Source: Sedimentisphaerales bacterium (GTDB lineage Bacteria; Planctomycetota; Phycisphaerae; Sedimentisphaerales; SM23-30). Taken from it: 64,000 nucleotides of DNA. The notes under the pieces were generated by a model. It had not been told where the DNA came from and made no database searches. It worked only from the letters and a program-made list of their open reading frames with translations. Of this stretch, positions 8,580-17,487 are shown piece by piece. The translations under genes and the position numbers were made by a program. Position 1 is the stretch's first letter. Every line of letters starts with the position of its first letter. The stretch is from positions 213,486 to 277,485 of the forward strand of contig OY763926.1 of the NCBI GenBank assembly GCA_963667715.1, in the 5' to 3' direction.

Positions 8580-8988
8580 TGCTATTGCCTTCCCTGTTCT
8601 GGCCATTTTTGAATTTAGTCAGCCTCTGTTCAAATAGTTCTGTTATTTGCTTATGACTTAATCCCAGGTTGACAGCCTGTGAGATGATATTATCGAGTCG
8701 CTCGTTTATAATGTTTATCTGCTGGATATCGCGTGAGCTGGAGGTTGGGTTATTTATATAAGTACCTGCCCCTTTGCGAGTTATGACCAGTTCTTTTTGT
8801 TCGAGAGTCGTATATGCTTTGGCAACAGTGTTTGGATTGACAACGAGCTCGGCAGCGAGCTGACGCACCGCTGGCAGCTTATCGCCGGGCTGGAGCTGGC
8901 CCATGGCAACCATCTGCTCTATCTGGTCGACTATTTGTTTGTAAACGGGCTCTTTACTACCCGATGAGATCTGTATCCAAATTGCCAT
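8572..8988 (-). CDS. GntR-family transcriptional regulator, short YtrA-like subtype
   Basis: 138 aa. Winged-helix block: PVYKQIVDQIEQMVAMGQLQPGDKLPAVRQLAAELVVNPNTVAKAYTTLEQKELVITRKGAGTY. Confidence 0.85.
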   Translation of the reverse strand: MAIWIQISSGSKEPVYKQIVDQIEQMVAMGQLQPGDKLPAVRQLAAELVVNPNTVAKAYTTLEQKELVITRKGAGTYINNPTSSSRDIQQINIINERLDNIISQAVNLGLSHKQITELFEQRLTKFKNGQNREGNSND

Positions 8989-9009
8989 TATAAGCTCCGC
9001 ATGATACGA

Positions 9010-9034
9010 ATTGTATTACTTGTACTAATACAAT
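9010..9034. promoter_or_regulatory. Candidate GntR operator (perfect 9-N7-9 inverted repeat)
   Basis: ATTGTATTA-cttgtac-TAATACAAT, 22-46 nt upstream of the gntR start. It contains the GT..AC core expected for GntR-family operators. Confidence 0.45.
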
Positions 9035-9122
9035 ATAGCTGATGAAATGTGGTGGGGCAAATTAATTTTTGAAAAAAAGGGGGGGAGTGCAGAGTGGGAT
9101 GGGGGAAGTTTTCTGATGTGAT

Positions 9123-9264
9123 ATTTTTTATAGACGTGATAACCGTCCGAGTACGGGCTGGATTTTGGAGCCAGCTCCGATTTGTCGGAGACAGATTATG
9201 TTTGGATTAAATATGTTTGGTAATGTTAAACCTTCCTGGGCTTCGGGGGAGGAGAAGATTTTTT
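9123..9264 (+). repeat. M1 element copy B (long form)
   Basis: Near-identical to copy A. Hairpin 1 is GTCCGagtaCGGGC, with a U.G wobble where copy A has C-G. Confidence 0.6.
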
Positions 9265-9587
9265 ATCCACGGATTTTTTTTAAGGGGTTCGCTACCGGGA
9301 ACTGGTGATTGATTAATTTTCACAGATTTAAGAGGGAGAGATTAAGAGGGAATTTTACCATGAAGTTCAGGGAGGTCATGAAGGGGGAAGAATTAATATA
9401 AGAGTTTAACGCAAGGGCGCGAAGGCGCAGAGAGATGGTTGGAGATGTAGGTTTTTATGGAGTTTGTGGGTTGGTTGGAGAGTAAGGAGGAAGGCTTGAG
9501 TATCCCGATTAAGGGGGCGTAGAAGAGAAAGTCATATTAGTGTGACTTTCTTGTCGGATAGTTTGTCATGTTATGAGATGTAATATT

Positions 9588-9620
9588 AAGAATCACAAGC
9601 GAGGACGCTTGTGCTACTTA
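9588..9620 (-). repeat. Class-1 REP S2
   Basis: AGAATCACAAGCgaggacGCTTGTGCTACTTA. The TAA stop of the 9618-10388 gene is the TAA of TAAGTAG. Confidence 0.75.
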
Positions 9621-10388
9621 GGGGATGGTTATTATGTCTTGTACTTTGTATTTTTTTAGTAGGTCGGTGATGGTGGTTGAAGTTTTTATTTTTTTTAGGC
9701 CGTCGTTGAATTTTTCGAGCTTGGAGTTTATGTCTTTAGCTTTTTTTGAGAATGCGATGAATAGCTCTTTATTGTCTAGTATTGGTTTGACGATCTCTAC
9801 TTTTTCCTTTGACGGGGCCATGACCTTGTCGTTTTCGATGCAGTAAAAAGCGACAAGCGGGTCGACGATAATGACGTGCGCTTTGCCGGCGAGTAGGTTC
9901 TGGATGTTTGACAGGTCGTCCTTGGCTTCGATCTTGGTGAGATAGTCGGCGTTGTCGATCTCCTTAGTGTTGATATAGCCGGCGACGACACCGATTTTGT
10001 ATGGTTTCAGCTCTTCGACTTTACCGGTATAGTTGAACTCGGTGGTCTTAAGCTTCATGAAGGTGAGTGGGCCGCAGATGATGGGGTCTGAGAAGATAAA
10101 CTCCGATTCGAGGTCTTTATTGTAATATTCGGGGTAATAAGCGTCTGCGTTACCGATCCGTGCGAGATCGACGCACTTTTCCCATGGCAGGAAGAAGACC
10201 TGGACGTCTGATTCGCCGGCGGCTTGATATGCGGCCTTGATGATCTCGGTAACGAACCCGTTTTCAGGGATGTTTTTGCCGACGTAAGGCTGCCAGTCGA
10301 GGGAGGTTAGCTTAATCTTTTCGGCTGAAGCGAATGTGGTTAATGTAAATATGGTCAGGAAAGTAGCGAATATTTTTGTCAGGTTCAT
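9618..10388 (-). CDS. Periplasmic substrate-binding protein, family 3 (PBPb-like)
   Basis: Signal peptide MNLTKIFATFLTIFTLTTFASA. LTSLDWQPYVG..GFVTEIIKAAYQAAG is typical of family-3 solute-binding proteins. Confidence 0.65.
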   Translation of the reverse strand: MNLTKIFATFLTIFTLTTFASAEKIKLTSLDWQPYVGKNIPENGFVTEIIKAAYQAAGESDVQVFFLPWEKCVDLARIGNADAYYPEYYNKDLESEFIFSDPIICGPLTFMKLKTTEFNYTGKVEELKPYKIGVVAGYINTKEIDNADYLTKIEAKDDLSNIQNLLAGKAHVIIVDPLVAFYCIENDKVMAPSKEKVEIVKPILDNKELFIAFSKKAKDINSKLEKFNDGLKKIKTSTTITDLLKKYKVQDIITIP

Positions 10389-11316
10389 AATTTTGGTCCG
10401 TAAAAGGTTAAAGGTAAAAAGTTAAAGGTTTTATGTTTACCTGTATTATGTATCGTGTGATATTTGGCGGGACTTATGGCGGTTGGTGGGAGATGGTTGA
10501 TTATGGGGCGGCTGGTTGTGGGTTGGAGTGAGTAGGGTTATGGGTAAGTGGTTTGTTGATGGGAGGTTATTGGGATTGATAAGGTGAGAGCGGTGTATGG
10601 TGGGGCGGGTGGGTTATCGGACGGATTAGGGTGGGAATAAATGATTGATATGGGTGGGTGAATGTGGATAATATGTATGATTGTAAAAGGTAAGAGTAGT
10701 TGTCCACAGATTTGTTGAAAGGGGTTTGCTGCCGCAAACGCTGATTGATTAATTTACGCGGATTTAAGAAGAGGAGTAATTAAGAAATATATTTACCATG
10801 AAGTTCATGGAGATCTTAGTGACGGTCGAGCCGCAACCAAAAGTTTTATGTAAGAAGAGAATTAAGAGTTTAACGCAAAGTCGCCAGGTCGCAAAGAGTT
10901 GGTTGGCGATTGGGGGGGGGGAGATGATGGCAGTATGAAGAGTTTTTTGGGGAACCACAGATGAACACGGATGAACACCGATAAGGGGAAGTTGGGGAGA
11001 TACAAGATACATAGCAGCCGTAAAGGGGGGAAGAAGGAAATGGCTAGGATGCGAGGGTTTTTAGGATAAGAAGATTAAGAGAAGAGTTGGTTCTCGCAGA
11101 GGCGTGAAGATTTGGTTGGAGATGTGGGCGTTGGGGAGTTTGTGGTTTTGTTGGAAAGTAAGGAAGAAGACTTAAGAATCCCGATGTGTAACGGGAAACT
11201 CTTGCGCGAAGGGTTGGTTGGGAAGCTGCTTAGGAGACGCAAGATTTTGCGTCTCTACGTGGGGGGATGGTTTTTTTTTGGAAGTAGATAAACGAGAATG
11301 AATAGAAGAAACGAAG
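10389..11316 (+). repeat. Mosaic intergenic cluster C3 (AAAGGTA repeats, G/T-rich tract, a, b, c, g, h-variant, j, class-2 REP)
   Basis: Module a is at 10703-10772 with a compensated stem, GTTTGC..GCAAAC. GGTTGG/GGGTGG-rich DNA spans ~10440-10700. Confidence 0.8.
11233..11258 (-). repeat. Class-2 REP R2-1
   Basis: GGAGACGCAAgattTTGCGTCTCTAC; the minus strand reads GTAG-AGACGCAA..TTGCGTCT. Confidence 0.7.
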
Positions 11317-12927
11317 ATGACTAAGAAGAATAAGAAAAGTAGTAAGGGGCTGCGTCGTTATCTGGCGCGGATCGATACTGGCCGGATGGGTCATATATTT
11401 ACTGATTGTGTGGTGATCGGAAGTGGCGTTGCGGGGCTGCGAGCGGCGATAGAGGCTGCGAAGGCAGGTAATGTTATACTGATGACCAAGGGCGAGGTGC
11501 CGGACTGTAATTCGTTCTATGCCCAGGGCGGGATCGCGGCGGTGGTGCGTGTCGATGATAGTTTTGAGTCGCATATATCTGATACTCTAAATGCTGGCGG
11601 CGGGTTGTGCGAGGTTGATATAGTTAGTAAGGTGGTGCGGGAAGCGCCGGAGCATATGCGTGAGCTGCGGGAGTGGGCGACGCCGTTTGATATGAAAGAT
11701 GGTGAGATCGATGCCGGGCGTGAAGGAGGTCATACGAACTATCGGATAGCACATGCTCATGGTGATGCGACTGGTCGTGCGATGGTAGAAGCGTTGTGGG
11801 GGCAGGTGAAGGCGAATCCCCGGATAAAGGTGTGGGAGGAGTGTTTCAGTATCGACCTGTTGACGAATGAGGGTCGGTGTGTGGGGGTAGTGAACTGGCA
11901 TAATAAGTATCGGATGCAGTGCTGTTGGGCAGGTTGTGTGGTGTTGGCTAGTGGCGGTGCGGGCAGGTTATGGCGTGAGACGACTAACCCGGAGGCTGCG
12001 ACTGGTGATGGGCTGGCGATGGCGTGGCGTGCGGGAGCTGAGCTGGCTGATCTGGAGTTTATGCAGTTTCATCCGACGACTCTGTATATAGCGGGAGCTG
12101 AGCGGACACTGATAACTGAGGCGCTGCGTGGTGCGGGAGCTAAGCTGGTAGATGGCGAAGGTCGACAGTTTATGCAGGATTATCATGAGATGGGTGAGCT
12201 GGCGCCGCGTGATATAGTTAGCCGGGCGATCTTTGACGAGATGGCGAAGACGAAGGCGACTAGTGTGTATTTGGATATGCGTCATCTGGGTCGCGATTTT
12301 GTGGCGAAGAAGTTTCCGACGATAAGTGCGTTGTGTAAGTCGTTTGATATTGATGTTGAGACTGATCTGGTGCCGGTTCGGCCGAGTGCTCATTATATGG
12401 TGGGCGGAGTGAAGACAGATATAGAAGGGCGTACGAATCTGGCGGGTCTGTATTGCTGTGGCGAGGTGGCGTGTACCGGGCTCCATGGTGCGAATCGGCT
12501 GGCGAGTAATTCGCTGCTGGAGGCGCTGGTGTTTGGTAAGATATGCGGGGAGGGAGTGTGTAAGGAGCTGGCGGAAGGGGTGACGGCGGCGATGTATCCG
12601 ATGAACTATGAGATAGCAGAGTCGGAACGGACGCGACTGGATGTGCCGGATGTGGTGAATTCGCTGAAGGCGCTGATGTGGCGTAATGTGGGGCTGGCGC
12701 GTGAGGAGAGCCATCTGGCGGAGGCGATCGAGATAATTGAGTTTTGGCATAGGTATGTGATGGATAAGGTGTTCGATAGCCCGGGCCAGTGGGAATGTCA
12801 GAATATGCTGACGGTGAGCTATTTGATAACGCAGCTGGCGCTGGAGAGGCAGGAGTCGCGAGGTGTGCATTTTCGGTTGGATTATCCGGAGGTGCAGGAG
12901 GAATATGGGTATCATTCGCGGGTGTGA
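11317..12927 (+). CDS. nadB: L-aspartate oxidase
   Basis: FAD motif VIGSGVAGLRAA; also YAQGGIAA, RPSAHYMVGGV and GLYCCGEVACTGLHGANRLASNSLLE. The start may be the internal ATG (MGHIF). Confidence 0.92.
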   Translation: MTKKNKKSSKGLRRYLARIDTGRMGHIFTDCVVIGSGVAGLRAAIEAAKAGNVILMTKGEVPDCNSFYAQGGIAAVVRVDDSFESHISDTLNAGGGLCEVDIVSKVVREAPEHMRELREWATPFDMKDGEIDAGREGGHTNYRIAHAHGDATGRAMVEALWGQVKANPRIKVWEECFSIDLLTNEGRCVGVVNWHNKYRMQCCWAGCVVLASGGAGRLWRETTNPEAATGDGLAMAWRAGAELADLEFMQFHPTTLYIAGAERTLITEALRGAGAKLVDGEGRQFMQDYHEMGELAPRDIVSRAIFDEMAKTKATSVYLDMRHLGRDFVAKKFPTISALCKSFDIDVETDLVPVRPSAHYMVGGVKTDIEGRTNLAGLYCCGEVACTGLHGANRLASNSLLEALVFGKICGEGVCKELAEGVTAAMYPMNYEIAESERTRLDVPDVVNSLKALMWRNVGLAREESHLAEAIEIIEFWHRYVMDKVFDSPGQWECQNMLTVSYLITQLALERQESRGVHFRLDYPEVQEEYGYHSRV

Positions 12928-13530
12928 ATGTAGGGGGGGGATTCACAGATTTTTTGAAAGGGGTTCGCTGGGGCGAACAGCTGATTGATTAATTAACGCG
13001 GATTTAAGAGGGAGAATAATTAAGAAATATCTTTACCATGAAGTTCATGGAGATCATGAAGAGGGAAGAATTAATATAAGAGTTTAACGCAAGGGTGCTA
13101 AGTCGCAAAGAGTTGGTGGGCGACTGGGGGGGAGTTTGAGATGGTGGCATTGAGAAGAGTTTTTGTGAACCACAGAGGACACAGAGAAATAAGAAGAAGA
13201 AGGGTTTCACGCAAAGGGGCAAGGTGGTTGGTGCCCGCAAAGGGAGAAGAAAGAAAATTGCTAGGATGCGAGGATTATTAGGATAAGAAGAAGAGGTATT
13301 TCTCGCAGAGCTCGCGGAGGCGCAGAGGGAAGAAAGTTTAATAATAAGAGTTTTAACGCGAAGAGATGGTTAGGGTGTATAGTGTTGGGGAGTATATTAT
13401 ATGGTTGGGAAGTAAGGGAGAAGACTAAAGAATCCCGATGTGTATCGGGAAACTCTTGCGCGGGGGGGGAGAAGGGAGACGCAAGATTTTGCGTCTCTAC
13501 GGATGGGGTGGTTGGTGGGGTTGTGAAGAT
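12928..13530 (+). repeat. Mosaic intergenic cluster C4 (a, b, c, d, e, f, g, h, j, class-2 REP); the most complete copy
   Basis: Module a is at 12942-13012, starting 15 nt after the nadB stop. All modules appear in the canonical order. Confidence 0.85.
13475..13500 (-). repeat. Class-2 REP R2-2
   Basis: GGAGACGCAAgattTTGCGTCTCTAC. Confidence 0.7.
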
Positions 13531-13569
13531 AAAAAAAAGGCTCGGTAGTTGGTGCTGCCGGGCCTTTTT
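13531..13569. terminator. Bidirectional intrinsic-terminator-like hairpin
   Basis: A8-GGCTCGG..CCGGGCC-T5, 23 nt downstream of the stop of the 13592-14524 gene. The stem has one mismatch/wobble. Confidence 0.5.
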
Positions 13570-13591
13570 GTTTGGTTGGGGGTTGGGGTGG

Positions 13592-14524
13592 TCAGGCGTT
13601 TGAGCCGGAGCCTAGTTTGTATGCGGCACCGACGGCCAGGGCTGCAAAGAGCAGGTCCATGATGCCGAGGCTTTGGATGAGTCCTTCTTTTATGATAGAA
13701 GCTTTGTCGGCGTCTATGCCCTGTTCTCTGGTGAATGAGTATGTAAGGCGTGCGTTATGGATCTTTTCTTCGTCGGTCCATGCGCCGGCAATGGCACCAG
13801 CTTTAATAGTTATATCGGTAATCTGCTGTCTTTCGTCATCGTTGAGTTCTGTGCCGTTAGAGAATTTATCGCGTAGATTATCGTCCATGAGAGTGAATAT
13901 AGCGACGCCGAGCAGGTTCTCCTGATCGTCGAGACTGGCGAGTATCTCCCGGTCGGTCATAGCTGAGACGGGTTTTTCGGCATATTCATCGTATATCCAG
14001 TTGAGTACCAGGACCTTGCCGCCGATAATGGCGCAAAGGGCGATGACGGCGGCAGTTACACCGAGTTTTTGTGATGGCTCGGCACCGCCGAAAAGGATAC
14101 CGAAGCCGGAGAGGACGCCTACTCCGATAGCGATGTATCCGATCTCATAGCCGGTGAATTTAGCGATAAGAGCCCATATGAACGCGCCGATAAGGGCACC
14201 GACGCAGCTGCAAATAACAGAAGCGGTGAACTTTGAGGCGCTGGCAGCGGCGGCAGAGGATGGGCCGGCAGGTTTGGGCGGCTCGAACGCTTCGAGTCCA
14301 GAAGTGGCAGGTTCCGATTTCGGGGCGGGGCGTTCGTGCTCGATAGTTTCACCTTCGTCTAGAGATGAGAGCATGTTACGCAGCTCGTTCTCTTCTTTGG
14401 GCTGCTGAGGTGGCTGAGGGACGACCAAAACAGAATTACAATCAGGACATTTAACCTTATGCTCAGCGTATTTCATTGGTACTTTGAGCTTTTTACTACA
14501 GTTGTTGCAAGAGAATCTTATCAT
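13592..14524 (-). CDS. Hypothetical zinc-ribbon membrane protein
   Basis: N-terminal CNNC..17..CPDC ribbon, then a Pro/Ala-rich linker, glycine-rich TM segments and a terminal TM. Confidence 0.6.
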   Translation of the reverse strand: MIRFSCNNCSKKLKVPMKYAEHKVKCPDCNSVLVVPQPPQQPKEENELRNMLSSLDEGETIEHERPAPKSEPATSGLEAFEPPKPAGPSSAAAASASKFTASVICSCVGALIGAFIWALIAKFTGYEIGYIAIGVGVLSGFGILFGGAEPSQKLGVTAAVIALCAIIGGKVLVLNWIYDEYAEKPVSAMTDREILASLDDQENLLGVAIFTLMDDNLRDKFSNGTELNDDERQQITDITIKAGAIAGAWTDEEKIHNARLTYSFTREQGIDADKASIIKEGLIQSLGIMDLLFAALAVGAAYKLGSGSNA

Positions 14525-14759
14525 GTTACACTCCCGGAAGTGAAGTAATATCAGTTATTTAACACACAAATAAGCTGTGGGCACACAATGTGGCCCATAA
14601 ATGATAATACTTCTGTAAATATTAGATTACCATAAAATCTGTTAGCACTTTTAGCTGGTCAATATGGCCGGAGCGGCTTGTAGATGAATATATTGAAAAA
14701 CCAAAAGAGCTACTGCGAAACAAAACAATGATATTTTAGCACTATCGGGGGGTGGGGGC

Positions 14760-15340
14760 AAATGTTTTTTGATCCACTGATTTTTTGAAAGGGGTTCGCT
14801 ACTGCGAACAGCTGATTGATTAATTAACGCGGATTTAAGAGAGAGGATAATTAAGAAATATATTTACCATGAAGTTCATGGAGATCATGAAGGGGGAAGA
14901 AAAATATAAGAGTTTAACGCAAGGGCGCTAAGTCGCAAAGAGTTGGTTGGCGATTAAGGGTTAGTTTGAGATGTTGGCAATAGGATTTTTTTGCAGGGAT
15001 TAGAGGATAGGAGGATGATTTTTTAGGATAAGAGTAAGGGAAGAGTTTTTACCATGAAGTTCATGTAGATCATGAAGGGGGAAGAAAAAATATAAGAGTA
15101 TAACGTGAATGGATGGTTGGCGGTGCGGGTAATTTGGTAGTTTATTATATGGTTGGGAAGTAAGGAAGAAGACTTGAGAATACCGATGTGTATCGGGAAA
15201 CTCTTGCGTGGAAGAGAAAGTCAGTATTAGTGTGACTTTCTTGTATTATAATTCTTCATATTATGCAATATTAAGAATCACAAGCCCCGATGTTCTTCGA
15301 GACTTGTGCTACTTAGGAGATGCAAGGTGTTGTGTCTCTA
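14760..15340 (+). repeat. Mosaic intergenic cluster C5 (a, b, c, d, g-variant, second b, j, GAAAGTCA hairpin, S3, degenerate class-2 REP)
   Basis: Module a is at 14773-14843. Module b (ACCATGAAGTTCATGGAGATCATGAAG) occurs twice. Confidence 0.85.
15274..15315 (-). repeat. Class-1 REP S3 (extended stem with nested mini-hairpin)
   Basis: AGAATCACAAGccCCGAtgttcTTCGagaCTTGTGCTACTTA, 25 nt 3' of the 15341-16609 stop. Confidence 0.7.
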
Positions 15341-16609
15341 TTAGGGGTTTGGTTGGCCTGGGTTTGGTGGGGTTGGTTGCCAGCTGTCTGGGTCTTTGCT
15401 GTAAAGGGCTTTTCCGGCCTGGTATATTCTGGAAAGCGAGTCTCCGTCGCCGTCGGCGGAGTCTGGCCATGGCGATTCGTCAGAATATTTGACTTCATCC
15501 TGAATGATATAATACCAGCCGTTCTGGTCGATCTCGAAATCTCCGGGCATGGCCAGGGAGATTGTCTCGCCGCTGTTATTAAGTTTGCCGCTGTCCCATT
15601 CGATAATGATCGCAGATGCGGGGGTATTGGTATAACGTTCGTTGAAGGCGTCGAGGTCTTTGACGAGGACGACATAGCCGTAGGCTGGAACGAAAACGGT
15701 GCCAGGGATAGTGACTTCGATTGCGTCGCTGATAGTCCAGCCGGTAGTCTGAGTTTCGCTGGTGACATATAGCGGAAGAGTGGAAGCGGAGTTATTATAA
15801 AGTTCGATATAGTCGTAATCGTCATCGTCGTCTGAGATGTCGCCTTTTTCCGGGTCGAGAGCGTGGTACATAACTTCATTGATTACCAGCGGGCCAGTTT
15901 TGGCGGCGGCGTTTGCCCGGCCGGGAGTAGGTTGTAACATAGCGACGAAATCGAATTTATCCCGAGATGGTACATAAAAGCGTCCGAAGGATATGCCGGA
16001 ATCAGAACCGGAGAAGTTGACTTTCTCGGTGTATCCTGTAAGTACGTTGGCAGTTGCACTGGAGAGGTATACATCTTCGCCACGTTCGCTAAGAGCGAAA
16101 GGGGTAAGGCAGCCAGCGTCTTTAATATTACCGAAGTTTGTGGCTTCGTAGAATACTTTATAGCCGTGAGCTGGGATAATGGTGTTATTGGCGATTCGAT
16201 ATTTCATGAGGTCGGCGTCGGTGTCGTTGTTGTCGCTGAGGTACCAGCCGCCGATATTGACATTGTAGTCAGTAGGGTTATATAGTTCGATCCAGTCGGA
16301 AGCGATATCGTGAGAATGTGCTAGGACCTCGTTAATTTCGATTGGTACGCCGACGTCGAGCCAGTCTTCGCGTGCGAAATCAGCGAAATCTTCGATATTT
16401 ATGATGCCGTCGCCGGTGAGGTCGATGTCGTCGCAAGCTGGTGTGGAGCAGTTGGTTAGCCAGTATTGTCCGATAACCTGGAGGTCGTTTATGTCAACGA
16501 TGCAATCGCCGTTGAGGTCGCGTTTTTTTGGGCAGTCGGAAGCTATAAGTGATGATGAATACGATACTAACAGCGATAACAATATTAATAGGGATATTCT
16601 GTTTCCCAT
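15341..16609 (-). CDS. Secreted protein: dockerin-like repeats plus two lamin-tail (LTD) domains
   Basis: Signal peptide present. Dockerin-like segments: DLNGDCIVDINDLQVIGQYWL and DLTGDGIINIEDFADFA. Two LTD signatures: INEVLAHS..DWIELYNPT..IGGWYLSD and INEVMYHA..DYIELYNNS..GWTISD. Confidence 0.75.
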   Translation of the reverse strand: MGNRISLLILLSLLVSYSSSLIASDCPKKRDLNGDCIVDINDLQVIGQYWLTNCSTPACDDIDLTGDGIINIEDFADFAREDWLDVGVPIEINEVLAHSHDIASDWIELYNPTDYNVNIGGWYLSDNNDTDADLMKYRIANNTIIPAHGYKVFYEATNFGNIKDAGCLTPFALSERGEDVYLSSATANVLTGYTEKVNFSGSDSGISFGRFYVPSRDKFDFVAMLQPTPGRANAAAKTGPLVINEVMYHALDPEKGDISDDDDDYDYIELYNNSASTLPLYVTSETQTTGWTISDAIEVTIPGTVFVPAYGYVVLVKDLDAFNERYTNTPASAIIIEWDSGKLNNSGETISLAMPGDFEIDQNGWYYIIQDEVKYSDESPWPDSADGDGDSLSRIYQAGKALYSKDPDSWQPTPPNPGQPNP

Positions 16610-16854
16610 ATACTCTCTTCTCCAGTTGCCGGTTAGGTGTTGACCTTGATGGTTAGTATCAAGGGAATTTGCGGGTGTATTTATATATTATACAATATAT
16701 GTGAGTTGTGGCAAAATATCGGGATGAAGATTTTTTTTATCCACGGATTTTTTTAGATGGGTTCGCTACCGCAAACTGCTGATTGATTAATTGGCACAGA
16801 TTTAAGAAGGGGAATGATTTAGAAGAGGATTAAGATTTTAACACAAAGTGCAAA

Positions 16855-16970
16855 GATTTTTTTGGATGGGATAACCGACCGCCTGTGGCGGTCTGGATTT
16901 TAGCGGCAGATTGAGTGGGGCGGAATATAGATTGTTGAATGTTTACATTCTCCGGGGGCGGGGGAGAAAG
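16855..16970 (+). repeat. M1 element copy C (short form)
   Basis: GGGATAACC, then GACCGCCtgtGGCGGTC, then CTGGATTTT-AGCGG-CAGATTG. Terminal hairpin TTCTCC..GGAGAA. Confidence 0.6.
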
Positions 16971-17368
16971 TAGAAGAGGAGAATTATGAGTTTAAGGAAA
17001 GGGCGCGAAGACGCAAAGATTTGGTTGGCAATTTTGGGGTGGTTGGAGATGGTGGCATTGAGAAGATTTTTTACCACAGAGGGCACAGAGAACACAGAGA
17101 AGAAGAATTTTTTGCAGGGATAGAGGATAAGAAGATGATAATCAGGATAGCGAATTAAGGTTATTGACCTGCAAAGTTCGTGTGCTTTTAACGAGAATGT
17201 AAAGTGCGATTATTTAGCAAGTTAGATCGAATGTGAAAAATAATGACACATAAAAAACAAGAAAATGATGGATAGTAGTGCAGAGGGAAGAAAATATAAT
17301 AATAAAATGTCAGGTTGTTGTGTAACTTATATACCAGGTTATTTGAGTTGGTTGGGGAAGTTATATTG

Positions 17369-17410
17369 AGAATCACAAGTCCCGATGTGCTTCGGGACTT
17401 GTGATTCTTA
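17369..17410 (-). repeat. Class-1 REP S4 (long stem, nested mini-hairpin, no GTAG)
   Basis: AGAATCACAAGTCCCGAtgtgcTTCGGGACTTGTGATTCT. Confidence 0.65.
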
Positions 17411-17436
17411 GGAGACGCAATATTTTGCGTCTCTAC
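17411..17436 (-). repeat. Class-2 REP R2-3
   Basis: GGAGACGCAAtattTTGCGTCTCTAC. Confidence 0.7.
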
Positions 17437-17450
17437 GGGGGGGGGAGATA

Positions 17451-17481
17451 TAGGCCCGGACAGTATTGGTGGCCGGGCCTA
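17451..17481 (-). terminator. Stem-loop 8 nt after the LRR gene stop (no U-run)
   Basis: TAGGCCCGG-13 nt-CCGGGCCTA, a perfect 9-bp stem. Confidence 0.4.
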
Positions 17482-17487
17482 TGTGTT

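Larger units (their letters stand above)
9060..9620 (+). repeat. Mosaic intergenic cluster C2 (M1, a, b, c, j-variant, GAAAGTCA hairpin, S2)
   Basis: Module a is at 9266-9336. Module b is ACCATGAAGTTCAGGGAGGTCATGAAG. The hairpin GAAAGTCAtattagtgTGACTTTC is also present. Confidence 0.85.
16730..17440 (+). repeat. Mosaic intergenic cluster C6 (a, M1 short form, c, d, e, g-variant, i, S4, class-2 REP); left copy of the direct repeat bracketing the LRR gene
   Basis: Module a is at 16740-16810. The stretch from ~16845 to 17436 is near-identical to 19908-20744, apart from an internal duplication in the latter. Confidence 0.85.

Noticed and set aside
11968-12946. Long antisense ORFs inside nadB (315 aa and 228 aa). 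Similar ones lie inside cca (60413-61441), ymdB (26718-27392), the AEC gene (61699-62289) and the LamG-2 gene (50008-52005)
   Set aside because: The opposite strand has clear, motif-supported genes. The antisense translations are low-complexity (P/R/H/T/S-rich).
12961-12980. GGGTTCGC..GCGAAC of module a as a tRNA T-arm or tRNA fragment
   Set aside because: There is no acceptor, D or anticodon arm around it, and no GTTCGAATC-type T-loop. It is simply a 6-bp hairpin inside the repeat.
17188-17376. 62-aa ORF duplicated at 20496-20684 (module i): a conserved small protein?
   Set aside because: The two DNA copies are nearly identical, so ORF conservation is uninformative. The third and fourth copies of module i (~20215-20345 and ~53575-53705) do not keep an ORF of 60 aa or more.
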